Assembly (NCBI GenBank): GCA_964247055.1
Contig: OZ176050.1
Location: forward strand, 13,826,001 to 13,890,000
DNA from: Paragordius varius
Taxonomy: Eukaryota > Animalia > Nematomorpha
Direction of reading: 5' to 3'
Length of the DNA: 64,000 bases
Below the pieces are notes generated by a model. That model did no database searches and was not told the origin of the DNA. It saw only the letters and a program-made list of their open reading frames with translations. The translations under genes were made by a program, and so were the position numbers. Below are positions 52,201 through 63,290 of this stretch, in pieces; the stretch's first letter is position 1; every line of letters begins with the position of its first letter.

Positions 52201-52858
52201 GGGACTAACAGTATATCAGAATTTACATATTTGATATATCGATTAGAGAAAACCATGGATCATAAAACCATAAGAAAAGATTGAATGGAATTGTTTGGTA
52301 TCAAATGTAAGTAAAGAAGGTGAACAGTTTTTCAAAATTTGAAAAGAGTTTTAATTTAGCATAGCACATAGTGCATACGATTTTAATCCATTGCCGTATT
52401 GTCCAATCATTTTGCGTTCATTTCCTACCAAGTCGTCCTTTTTGAACGATCGGCCAAAAGTCATAATATCACGTGCTTCAGCTAAAAATTCAGTGATGTA
52501 AATTTACTTGGGTTCATACCACATCCATCGTCTAAAAAGCATAACATATGACCACCCCTAAGGTTAGGATGAGATTCTAAAATAAATTTACGAAATAAAC
52601 CTGTGAAGACATGAATATTTTTTGCATTGGCATCGCTATTATATAAAAAAGAAATCATATTACAAGGAAAAAAAATAACAAGAATGAGAAAAAGGAAATT
52701 ACCGTGAATTATCAATCATCTCAGCCAAAGCTCCAAACAAAAATTCATGGGTTGTACTAGGGAGTTAAACATTAAAAATACCTATTGGAATGCAAATAAT
52801 TAATGGATAACTGAGCCCTATTCAAATATTTATAAGAGTTTTGAGTGTTGGTACCCAT
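34192..52858 (-). CDS. MORC2: MORC2-like GHKL ATPase / CW zinc finger / coiled-coil protein (25 exons, about 1024 aa)
   Basis: Exons: 52782-52858, 52703-52756, 52601-52635, 52508-52576, 52379-52481, 50682-50871, 49091-49298, 48153-48419, 47655-47712, 46888-47012, 46161-46197, 45891-45939, 45454-45539, 44943-45082, 44125-44289, 42978-43008, 42783-42883, 41675-41825, 40445-40685, 39297-39506, 38378-38518, 37055-37236, 35843-35975, 35046-35183, 34192-34275 (3075 nt in total, in frame). Motifs: [73 protein letters not shown]...WEC...RCE, and C-terminal ILKYFTPP. It has the MORC1/2-type coiled-coil insertion in the ATPase module. The exon 9/10 junction is uncertain. Confidence 0.93.
34735..34925. 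mobile_element. Foldback MITE family A (partial)
   Basis: Inverted 21-bp units and conserved core, termini eroded; last MORC intron. Confidence 0.6.
35248..35523. mobile_element. Tc1/mariner-type MITE family B
   Basis: TA|CAGTAAAA...TTTTACTG|TA; MORC intron. Confidence 0.85.
36189..36499. mobile_element. Tc1/mariner-type MITE family B
   Basis: Both arms present; MORC intron. Confidence 0.75.
36735..36996. mobile_element. Foldback MITE family A
   Basis: Both TIRs intact; followed by a (TA)n run. Confidence 0.85.
37315..37580. mobile_element. Tc1/mariner-type MITE family B
   Basis: Left TIR near-consensus; MORC intron. Confidence 0.8.
37781..38134. mobile_element. Foldback MITE family A
   Basis: Both TIRs intact; several 21-bp units in the left arm. 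Confidence 0.85.
42101..42390. mobile_element. Tc1/mariner-type MITE family B
   Basis: Left TIR near-consensus, right arm TTGTCCGTATAATTTC. Confidence 0.8.
42533..42681. mobile_element. Tc1/mariner-type MITE family D
   Basis: TA|CAGTGTGCATTTTAATGG ... AAGCAACCATTAAAATGCATATTG; related copies at 49755-49940 and an arm at 9570-9645. Confidence 0.7.
43031..43294. mobile_element. Foldback MITE family A
   Basis: TIRs and 21-bp units present; starts 22 nt from a MORC splice acceptor. Confidence 0.75.
43590..44195. repeat. ~170-bp tandem duplication series overlapping the 3' end and donor of MORC exon 15
   Basis: Units start near 43600, 43760, 43920 and 44090. The segment 43936-44017 is a near copy of 44110-44190. 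Confidence 0.8.
44648..44922. mobile_element. Foldback MITE family A
   Basis: TIRs and core present; ends about 20 nt from a MORC splice donor. Confidence 0.8.
45085..45325. mobile_element. Tc1/mariner-type MITE family B (decayed)
   Basis: Degenerate arms fill most of MORC intron 13. Confidence 0.55.
45568..45795. mobile_element. Foldback MITE family A
   Basis: Both TIRs intact. Confidence 0.85.
46541..46804. mobile_element. Foldback MITE family A
   Basis: TIRs degenerate, core recognisable. Confidence 0.7.
47231..47515. mobile_element. Foldback MITE family A (solo right arm abutting a partial copy)
   Basis: CAAGGGTGAATTT arm at 47250-47265 followed by a TATACCATTTACA copy from 47279. Confidence 0.65.
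49311..49721. mobile_element. Foldback MITE family A with an expanded arm (9 x 21 bp left, 3 x 21 bp right)
   Basis: Units start at 49321, 49342 ... 49489; the TIR lies 12 nt from the MORC exon 7 acceptor. Confidence 0.9.
49755..49940. mobile_element. Tc1/mariner-type MITE family D
   Basis: Inverted arms TTTAAATGGTTGCTTATTTCACA...GCAATTTG.AACACAG.AGTGTATGGAAAAA. Confidence 0.7.
50340..51225. mobile_element. Solo arms of MITE family B flanking MORC exon 6
   Basis: Right arm at 50340-50490; left arms at 50968-51040 and 51142-51225. Confidence 0.6.
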
Positions 52859-54327
52859 GATAAATCACGCGAATGTATGAATATTATTGCAACAAATGTT
52901 TTCGCATTGTCTCATAATATGGAGTCTTACCATCGAAAATTCTAATAAGCTATCGATATGATATATATTTATAATATATTAAAATCCAACATATACCACT
53001 CGTTTAACAATAATAATAATGAGTAAAATATTCTTTGGAGAAAATTTTTTATGGTCCTTAATTACAGGTACCTCAGTAACTCTTTAGGGTTGTAAAATGT
53101 ATGGCCTTGACTCTATAGATGGTTATATATTCCAGCTCAAAGGCATATTAAGAGTTTTCCTCCTGATGAAAAGCTTTTTTATTCGGAATGACAATTTATT
53201 ATAAAACCAGCGTAGCTCTATAACCAAGTCTACTTACTTTATAAAATAAATAATCCTGCATAAAAACAAATACTCGGCATAAATCGATGTGATATTATTA
53301 ATAAACACGTTTATCTTGCGTAAAATTTAATAGTATGACGATTAAAACATCTTAAAGCACGGGTTAATTCATTTTAAAGCAGCTCAAACCTCGGCCTTAA
53401 AAGTGCTTTTTATGGACCCGAATTCATCATAAAGCTGAATTATGAATATTTTATGATTTGCTTATTTGTAGTATTCTGTAACTTAGTCATACAGGTTGGT
53501 GCATGACCTTTTGAAGAAGAATATTTTTTGCATTCCTTAGAAATTATTTGGTGAGTATTACTTTGTTAAAGGAGGCGTAACTTCATTAAGCTAACTAATA
53601 ACATAACCTTTCAAACTAATGCACATTTGCGGATTCTCAACATTATCTTATAACATATATATACATTGCTGGCATTCAAAAATAAATCGGAATAATTTAA
53701 TAAGCTCTATCTTCGGGCTATATACGATTTTTAGAGACTATTCTCCACACTTAAAAGCCTTCCTTATCTCCATTTTAGCACTTTGTGTAGGTTATTCAGA
53801 AATCGATTGAGGATTTATGCATAATTTATTTTAGCGACTTATGTTCTTTCAGATGTGAAAAGGGTTTTTAAGTTAATTGATAATTCCCATAATTACGCAT
53901 ATATTTTTTTGGTTAGAGCTATTTAAGTAGCATGGAGCTTAATAGTTTCAAGTGGTTAGATCCTTTATATAAATTTATTTATATATAATTAAGTGTACTT
54001 ACTTGTTTTAGGAAGGAATGCTTTAGTATTTTTTTTATGCGTGGACACATAGAGAGTTAAAACCAATTATTATTTTTAGACAGCGTTTAACTATTTTCTT
54101 TATTAACATAGTATACGATACGTTTTCCACATTAACTTTAAAAAAAATATTTTTTGGGTATTTTAAGATCAATCCAAAATCAATCACCATTATAATCCAA
54201 CCAATCCTTGATAATAGTAGTTGACACCATAAAATTCTTTGGAACCAATAATTTTAACATAGAATATATAAGTAATAAATATTCATATTTATTATGTAAG
54301 AAGCTAGTTATACACATAAATAGAAAA

Positions 54328-57300
54328 CTAAAGGCGATATAATTGATCCAAAAACTTTTCCAGCATTTTCTTGTGTCGCTTGTCTGTAATTGTATTCTAA
54401 TATGAGAAAAAATTTATATTATAACTGTCAAATAAAAAAATAATTTTTTAACATTTGAAATTTGATATAGTAACTATAAATCAAATAATTTACCATATCA
54501 ATGAGAGACCACTTGTTTCGCAATTCACGTATAATTACACCATCTGAGACGGTATTAAATTGCCTACCCACCAATGTTTTTATAAGTGTGCGTAGTAAGA
54601 TTTTTTCCATTTTATTTTCCAACAAAAATGGGATTTGTTCTGCGCATTCTATATTTGGTAGCAAATACATTTTTTGACTTACATGGTAATAATTTAAACA
54701 GTTAACATTAATAAAACTTTTATTTGAAAAACATGAAACAATCATCTGTAATACCAAGTGGTTATTTGATAAAATTTAGTAGAAAATATTATAAATTTTA
54801 GTTTTAACTTCTCATATATAATCTAACAGGACTAGACTCAAAAATTTTAAAAACCCCTTAAAATTTCTACTACATTCCTACAAAATTCCCTAGTTTGTTT
54901 ATAGGCCATTATAATAATACAAACCATTGTGCGATTTTTATTTTTTTAAAAAAAGGTTCATATAAAATTAATGGTTTATCGGAAGTTTACTGTTAAAAAG
55001 TAAATATTTACAAAGCAGAATAAAATTTTTAAATCAAAATTTATACCATTATTATTGAGTTGCGTATCGATATGATCTTTTTCAAGCGTTTTGCCATTAT
55101 CAATTTGGTTAAAATGGGGGCTGTCCCCTAAACTATCAGGACTGGACATTTCAGATCGAGAAAAATCTCTTTGATAAATTTTATCATTTGCGTTTATAAG
55201 CGTGGTACTTATACATTGTGCAATTAAAGCATGTGGTGTAGGAGGCTAAAACAGTAATCAAATTTTATATACCATTTACACTTCAAATTTACTCTTAAAC
55301 AATGTAATTCACCCTCCAACAATTCAAATTTGCCCTAAATTATATAAATGGTTTTTAAGATTAAAGATTACTTATATTTTTTAATTTTTTTAAAATTAAA
55401 ATAATACTGGAGAAATAATAAATTATGTCATAGTGATATATTTCATATTAATGATGAGTTATATTAACTCGAAAACACATAATTTATTTTTAGCGTGAAA
55501 AGGATAAATTGAAATTGAAAGGATGAATTTGATTTGTAAATCGTATCCTCAAATAAGTTTATTGAAAAATGTGTATCAAGAGTTAATAAGAATTTAAAAA
55601 TAAAATTAAGATATCATTTTTGGTGCCAAAGTAGGTTATATTGATATGACTTCGATCCCTATATACGTCTTAAAAATAAATCGATAAATATCATATTATA
55701 ATGGTAATGGAAAATATACAAAATAAACTAATATTTTTTTTTTAAAAACTTTGGTTAAAACTTCTCCTTTATACATTACAATTATATCTCAAATAATCAT
55801 AGTCAACATATGCATTAAATAACGAATTAAGTTAAATCCCTAATTATTACCAAAGATTTGCATTAATAAAAACTAAAAAAATACCCTGTCGGTAACATTA
55901 GTATTGTTGTTATCTAATGGGTTGTTTTGCATCGAAGTTTCACCATTTAGCAAATTAGAATGGTCAGTCCATTCAATTATATTGACAAAACATTCTTCAA
56001 ACTCAAGCGCTGTTAAAAGTGATTGGAAAGTTAAATCATTATTTTCGCAACAACCATTTTGCCTGTTTGGACTTATATTTGCGTTATCCTTGGATTTTCT
56101 TTGCTTATTACATGGATCATCAACCAGGTTAAGATGAATTATTTGCGCAATAAGTTCACAATAAATTTTAGTAACATAATATTGATTAATGCTAAAGAGA
56201 AGAATGGATGGATATACTAATAAAGTTTTCAAAATTTTAATTTATTCACAATATACTATACTAAATATTTTTTCTAATTAGGAAAATAGCTTTTTCATGA
56301 CCTTAGACTGCGGTTTTTATAGTTGTAAGACGGTCATTTAAAAATACTAACATGTTTCAATGAAGAATAAAAAGTTAAAATAAAAATTTAGCATTTAACC
56401 GTTTAAAAAATCTAAATTTGGTTATACGGTACGGTAACGGTGTATATTGAACTCTAAAAGTGAAATTTACTATTATCTTTTGATGGCATGTAAATTGATG
56501 GTATTAATTTTTAAGTAAGCCGTTATTAAAATTTTTTGCGATATTGAGTATGTTTTTAAAACCTAAACCTTGACTGAAAGTGATTTAGCCAACACATCGA
56601 GGAATAAAGCTAGAAGTTTATCAAAAAAATATATTAATTTTTGCACTATACCGATAGGTTGTGAAAATAAAAAACAGAGAAAAAAGAGACTATAAACGAT
56701 TCCACTTCCATTCTTCAAAATTAAAATCTCAAAATCAATATAAGCTTAGGACAAATAAAAATTACCTGGTATGGAGCGCGTATAAATGCATGAAAGATAA
56801 AATCATGCTTTTCGCGTAGTTTGATAACTCTTCCGCCTTTTTTGCCAATGAAGTGTATTGTTGCGTTTTATCAAAAGAATGTCCATTAACATCATCAATA
56901 TTGGTGACAGTTTTTCCATTTTCAAAATTTGCCATTGAGTTAAAATTCTCATTGTTGATGTGTGCCGTAATAATTAGTAATTCAAGTAGTTTCGGACAAC
57001 TTTCTAGCAAACCCACATTTTGAGTATTAACAACACTTGTATGTAAAGTTAGGCGACATATCCCCTTGACCAGTTCATAACGAAGCGTAAAATCCCAAAT
57101 TATTCCATGCCATAGATGAGATAAATCTGTTTGCTGTTGAGGTGTTTGGTTTTGATAATTCTGTATAATTTATGTTTAATAAATGTTTTATATAAAAGTA
57201 TAAAAAATATATATGTATTATCTGTTTTAAAACATGAAAAGAAGTGTAAATTTATCAAAACTCTCCCAATACTTTCAATAAATATAACCATAAACATTCA

Positions 57301-58375
57301 GCATAAAAATATGCAAAAAAAGTTTTTTTATAAATAAAACATTGCTCGTAAATATTTTGCGAATTACGCATAAAAAATTAGAGCGTTAAAGGGTATTTTG
57401 TCGTCAAAAAATGTGTAAAATTTCCAATATAATTCTGCCTAACAATGAATAATTTAAAATCACTTAATTAAAATAATTAGCAAACATCTTTGTCAGACTA
57501 TAGTAGACCCATTTTATACCCTTCTTCACTGATAGATATATATAAAGCTTTCTTATTTCCTGGACTAATTTATTAAACCAATTAAAGAGGGTTTTTGCTG
57601 ACCCAATAGTAAATATTACCACATTTTCAAACGTTTCCAACCAACAATCCAATACAATATCGATCGGTAATCCGAATATTGAATTGGTATAATTTATATC
57701 ATTAGTATTCATTTCTGTAAAATTGTTTCCATATATTAAAGCCAAATCAAACAAAATTCTCGCGGTCAAGAGTTGTATGGGGGGAAGGTCCAATTGAAAT
57801 GCCTAAAAAATAATGAATAATATATATATATATATATATAAGAATAATGTGCACGTGACCCAATACCTCGTGACTCAACATTTTTAAGTTGGTCCTTGTA
57901 CACTTCAAGTTCGTCCTTAAACACTTCAATTGATCCTTATACTTTTTAAATTTGTTTAACTTTTAACAATCAACCCGTGTATTATTCATTTTCACCTATT
58001 ATTCTCTAGTATTAACCAAATTTTTAAATAAATATCAAGTTTTAATCATTCAGAAACCGTATATCTTTATTAAGTTCTTATTTAAAATATTAATTTTAAT
58101 ATAAATTTAACATGTAACTAAAAAATAAATTAGTGTCTGGGTTATTAATACAATTTTTTTGTTAAAAACATTATAATTGAATAATATTGTTGAAATGGAT
58201 ATGATCGAAACAATAAATCGGTTATATTAAAAATAAGTTTTGGATAAATAAATATATATAACAAATGAAGAAAATTAGGTTAAAAAATAATAAAAGAAAT
58301 AAAAAAACAAATATGGTTAAAAATGTTTAAGGACCAACTTGAAGTGTTCAAGGTCACTCTTGAAGTGCGAATGGC

Positions 58376-58444
<69 letters not shown>

Positions 58445-61400
58445 TTAGAGAGCGTGAAAAAAAGTTTTTTTCGAAAATATATATGTGGATTTAATGATTA
58501 GAGAATTGGACATATTTTTTATGTTAAATTTTATCATAAATTTTAAATTAATATATAACCTTTATATACCCACTCCCTAATCCAAATAATATCGGATATA
58601 TTTAAAAAGTGATAAATTTAAATTGACGTTTTTTATATTTCTTGCTATATACTATTTACGAATCAAATTCACCCTAGAAATAAATTATGTGTTTTCGGAC
58701 TAATATAACTCATCATTAATAAGAAATATATTCTTATGGCAGAGTTTTTTTCAGTGTCATATTAATTTTAAACAAAATCAATTTTATAAATGAAAAATTA
58801 GATATTATTTATATTAAAAAACACATAATTTAGGGTGAATTTGAATTGTTTGAGGGTTAAAATTGTTAAGGATGAATTGAAATTGTTTAAGGGTAAATTT
58901 GATGTGTAAATGATATATATCCTTACAAAACTTAGATATATAATTTTATATTTGAGTACCCCAATTTTAAAATTTGAATATCTTATATTCATCATAATAA
59001 TAAAACTTGATATAGTAAAGGAGCATTTTTGTTAGCTATTTCACGATCCAACAAACATAGGAAACCCAAACATTCAAAAGCAATCGAACGAATAGTTAGG
59101 GCACATTCGTCACTATCATTTGAGTTTTGGGATAAACTTTTCTTATTTTCAGCTAAATATTTTTAATGAAAAAAAATGGTATTGGAATTGGGTTTATGAT
59201 TATTTTTTAACTCTGGCCTATAAAAAATAAAATTATTATAAATTGGCTTTGAAAACAAATCTTAAACCTCTTCTTAACCTCTATTAACCATTTTTTTCAA
59301 CAAACTCTTATTTTTTCCAATTTTTATAATCTACTTAAGATATTCTTAAACATCTACATTCATAACCAATCACGTCGGTTATCATTTTTAGATATCGATT
59401 AAAAACTCAACTATACAAGCAAAATTACGATAAATTATAAAAAAAGATTAACTACTCAAAAGCGCATATTACATTTTTTCCATTGTATACCAGGGAGGAT
59501 AACATCACCTAACAAAGGTTTAAGGTGTTCAAATTCTTGTTTTGCATTTTCAAGCAGTAGGATAGATACTGAACCACTTTTTTCATCATTTTTTCCATTG
59601 ATTAAAATGGGGCCTCGAATTTGCGTAAAAACTACGAGGATTTCACGGCAAATGGTTAGCGCTTTACGGAACATGGATGGATTTGTTTCAATAAGCATAT
59701 TGTTTGCTTTACTATTGGCAATTTCCATAGATACCACGTCGTCTTCATTAGTTGTTGTATAATTATCAATTTGGTGTCCGTTACCTATGTGTAAAAAAAC
59801 ATGAAATATAGGCAGAAAGATCCCTTTTAATAAATTTTGATTAGTTAAAAAACTTGGGAATTATGCCAAAGTATTTTTTTAATAACAATTATTACACGTT
59901 TTAATGTGCGTAAAAAGTACACCATTTGCATTTCAAGTTGGTCCTTGAACATTTCAAGTTGGTCGTTTAACTTTTAAAGTTGGTCATTGAACACTTCTAG
60001 TCGGTCCTTGAACATTTTAAGTTGATCCTTGAACACTTGTTGGTCCTTGAACATTTTAAGTTGGTCCTTGAACACTTTAAGCTGGTCCTTAACACTTTAA
60101 TTTAGTCCTTGAACACTTCAAGTTGGTCCATGAACATTTTAAGTTGGTCCTTTAACACTTCAAGAGTGTTCAACACTTTAAGTTGGTCCTTGAACATTTC
60201 AAGTTGGTCCTTGAACACTTCAAGTTGGTCTTTGAACATTTTAAGAGTGATCTTGAACACTTCAAGTTGGTCCTATAACACTTCAAATTGGTCCTTTAAC
60301 AGTTCAAGTTAGTCCTAGAACATTTCAAGTTAATTTTTGAACACTTCAAGTTGGTCCTGAGCATTATAAGTTGGTCCTTTAACACTTCAAGATGGTCCTT
60401 TGACTTTTTTGTTTTGTTTTTAACTTTTATCAATCACAATTTAATCGCTTTTGATCTATTTTCTTTAAACATACTCTTTAAAATCACAACATCAACTTTT
60501 AATCATTTAGAAACCGTATATCTTTATTGTTTATCTAAAAATATTTTTATATTAGTAAGATTTTAACACGTTTGAATATAAAAATTTTCTGGATTATTGG
60601 GTACAATTTTTTAAAAAAACATTTAGAAGGTAAAAAAATTTTTAAATTGATAGAAATTAGTTTGAAATAAAAAAAATATTTTTAAATGAATAATTATATA
60701 CTAAATAAAGAATATTAGCTTAAAAAGCTATAAAATATAAAAAACATCTAAAAATTATGATTAAATCCAAACTAAAAAATTTTAAGGAACTCGAAGTGTT
60801 CAAGGACCAACTTGAAGTGTGAAAGGACTGACTTGAAGTGTTCAAGGACCAACTAAAAGTGTTCAAGGATTAACTTAAAGTGTTCAAGGATTAACCTAAA
60901 ATGTTCAAGGACCAACTGGTAGTGTTAAAGGACACTCTTGAAGTTTAAATGGTATATATCAAAATATAATATTTAAACGTAACAGTTTCAAATCTTTCAA
61001 ACTTTAATAAATACGTCCAAAACTTAATTATATATAATCTCGATAATAAACTTATAGAATATGTTGTCAAGCAACTCTCTAGTTTAATTAGAATATTTCT
61101 ATCTTTAAAAATTGAAACTTTTTTTTCTTACTTAAATTCCCCTAATTTTAATTTTACTAAAATATATATACATAATGGTTGTTCATGAGGAGTGTCATGA
61201 AAAATTTGATCTTGTTGACTGTTTGTGAGTAAAGGATCTAAAACATCCGAAATAATTTCCAACAAATTGCGTATTAGTTTAGAATTTGAATGTGAATTAT
61301 TTCGTTGTTTTGAGGACATGTTAGCTATCAGCGTACAATTTGTGGCAGAAAAACTTTCATTTGTATTATTAAAATTAAGGCAGGACTGATCCATCGTACT

Positions 61401-61715
61401 TTTATCTCCCATATTTTTATCATGATTAACCTATAAAACAAACATGGCAGAATAAAATTTGTATTATGGAAATTAGTTTACAGTTATCATTTAAAGTTAA
61501 AAAGGCACATTTTTGAAAATAAAAGCATAAATTATACAAACCTTGACTTAAAATATAACTTTTATTTTTGAGTGGCGATATATATGTATTAGATCTGTAA
61601 TTATTTCTTAATCGCAAATGCATTATTTCTAAAAAATAGTAAAAAACCATCATTTTCTCTATACAAAACATTAGTCTTTCTTTACATTAATATTTGTCCT
61701 TAAAACATTAATCTA

Positions 61716-61751
<36 letters not shown>

Positions 61752-62308
61752 TACATCGACAAAAAATTTTGATTTAAAAAAATCATTGCAGAATTTAGTA
61801 TAATATAGTTCATGAATCAAAACTAAATTTCTCTTTTAAACCCTAAAATGACAAAAAAGAATTATTTATACTCATAATTGAGACTTAATTTCAATATAGC
61901 ATAAAATAAAATTTATTAAAAAAAATTGTAAAGTATTACGGAACGTGTTAGAACACTAAAATTAAGCGATCCGCCCCCAAAACCCGAACCAAACAAATCC
62001 TCATCTTCGTCACTTTCGGCTTCACTCACTTTCTAAAATCCCAGGAAAAAAATTTCAAAAAAATATATTTTTTCTATGAATTCTCTAAAAATTATAAGTT
62101 AAGGATTAAATGTTATATTGCATATAATTTTATAATTATTCAAATATTAAAATCAAAGAAACATTACTGATACGTTTTCAACCATGAGATTATCAAAGTA
62201 TTACAAAATATTTTATTCTGAAAAATATTTCCATCAAAGATTGTGTATAAACCAATAATTTGCTCATATTTTTAATTTAAATATAATATATTAAAGAATA
62301 TAGATTGT

Positions 62309-62342
<34 letters not shown>

Positions 62343-63290
62343 TAAAACAAATATAATATTTGTATTATAAAAGTAGTTTTTTTTGATAAAAGGGTGTGAA
62401 CAGATAATAAACCATATATTATTCGTAATAGCAATTTAAAGGTCCCTCCAAAAAATTTTTAAAGGACCCGAGAAATTATAAATTGCAAATTTAGAAAAAT
62501 CGCAGTATAATTAATTTTCTCAATTTCTGAATAAATTTATTCGACTAAAGCTTATTTTAATTTTTACAGTTTGATAATGTAATAAATATGAATGACCGTA
62601 TATACTTCTAATGCGACCCGCACCTGTTTTTTTAGTTAAAAATGTTACCCGCGAAGCCATTTGTGTATTGGACACGTCTGACCTAGACATAACTCATAAA
62701 ACTAATAATTATTCATGTTTTAAACAAACATCGATTAATTATATTATTTTATATACAAGAATATATATAATAATTTATTTTTCGTATAAAAGCGTCATGA
62801 AGCGAACAAATAAATAAAATAGATTATTCTTACAAATAAATCATAAAAACGCACTGTTTAATTCAATTACAGGTAAACGCAACTTGGATTTTGAACTATT
62901 ATAAACTATAAAGTAAATAACTTACCCAAACATCATTTCTAAACATTGGATCCTCATCGTCGTCTTCGAGGGCACAATTGTTATTCCTTTCTGCGGTTTC
63001 GCTTATTTTAGCATTTTGCATACCATTCGATAAATTTTGATTTTTATGCTTAGGCTTTAACTGATGATTATTTTTAACATCAGAACTAAATTTTTTCGTT
63101 TCAGAATTCACAGTAAAAGTATTATCTCCAATATTGTTGATTTTTAAATTATCTACCATAGGTTTTTGCTGTTTTTGTGGTTTTAAATGTGCAAAGGTAA
63201 CATAAGTTTTTATAAGGTCGGCACATGTGGAATCCTTTAACCATGTATGGGCATGGATACAAAGTTTAGGTATGAGTTGTTTTAAACAGG
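54328..63290 (-). CDS. NCAPG: Condensin I HEAT-repeat subunit CAP-G (3' part; 5' end lies upstream, probably beyond the window)
   Basis: Exons: 62926-63290, 62871-62905, 62649-62682, 62606-62623, 61940-62032, 61172-61430, 59473-59784, 59007-59152, 57620-57802, 56766-57160, 55885-56191, 55047-55245, tentative 54828-54856 and 54494-54745, then 54328-54396. Blocks co-linear with human NCAPG as I recall it: FRKALTICREIL, DVILPGIQ, IRSIAFECLGFLCLLD...PLLYQAFQLD, ARILFDLALIYG, LRYELVKGICRL, INQ, TDKRHKKMLEK. Confidence 0.85.
55268..55546. mobile_element. Foldback MITE family A
   Basis: Left TIR intact; lies in a CAP-G intron 22 nt from an acceptor. Confidence 0.75.
57875..58380. mobile_element. 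Foldback element family C, second shorter copy
   Basis: Same 21-bp units (2-3 per arm) and shared core (TTTTAATCATT.AGAAACCGTATATCTTTATT); the right end abuts a long (TA)n run. Confidence 0.8.
58378..58433. repeat. (TA)n microsatellite at the end of a family C element
   Basis: Perfect TA run directly abutting the TIR. Confidence 0.95.
58660..58917. mobile_element. Foldback MITE family A
   Basis: Core and right arm present; CAP-G intron. Confidence 0.7.
59918..60956. mobile_element. Foldback element family C with long inverted 21-bp arrays
   Basis: Termini TACACCATTTGCA and TAAATGGTATA. About 22 units of TTGAACACTTCAAGTTGGTCC (59931-60400) and about 7 inverted units (60790-60945) flank an AT-rich core. 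Confidence 0.88.

Noticed and set aside
52100-52300. Possible nested plus-strand mini-gene in MORC intron 5 with GTAAG-type donors and 35/21-nt introns
   Set aside because: It yields only a 42-aa peptide with no recognisable features; chance is plausible in AT-rich DNA. RNA-seq could revive it.
53050-53900. Slightly GC-richer block between MORC and CAP-G, with MYGLDSI resembling a LINE post-RT motif
   Set aside because: One weak motif, no continuous frame and no termini; not supportable as a TE or gene.
56300-56700. Open stretches in a CAP-G intron (QKLIYFFDKLLALFLDVLAKS)
   Set aside because: Direct splicing 56766 to 56191 is in phase and aligns better (HTS-INQ versus ASR-TNQ), so no extra exon is needed.
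59931-60400. Regular 21-bp repeats (also 49321-49500) resembling a CRISPR array, and the repetitive ORFs 60109-60312 and 49294-49506
   Set aside because: The units are contiguous with no unique spacers, occur inverted at the other end of the element, and lie in eukaryotic introns; there are no cas genes. The ORFs are translations of the repeat.
2333-63290. All host genes, the Gypsy, the Helitron and the hAT on the minus strand
   Set aside because: Too few independent units to exclude chance; the intergenic gaps give no evidence of an operon.
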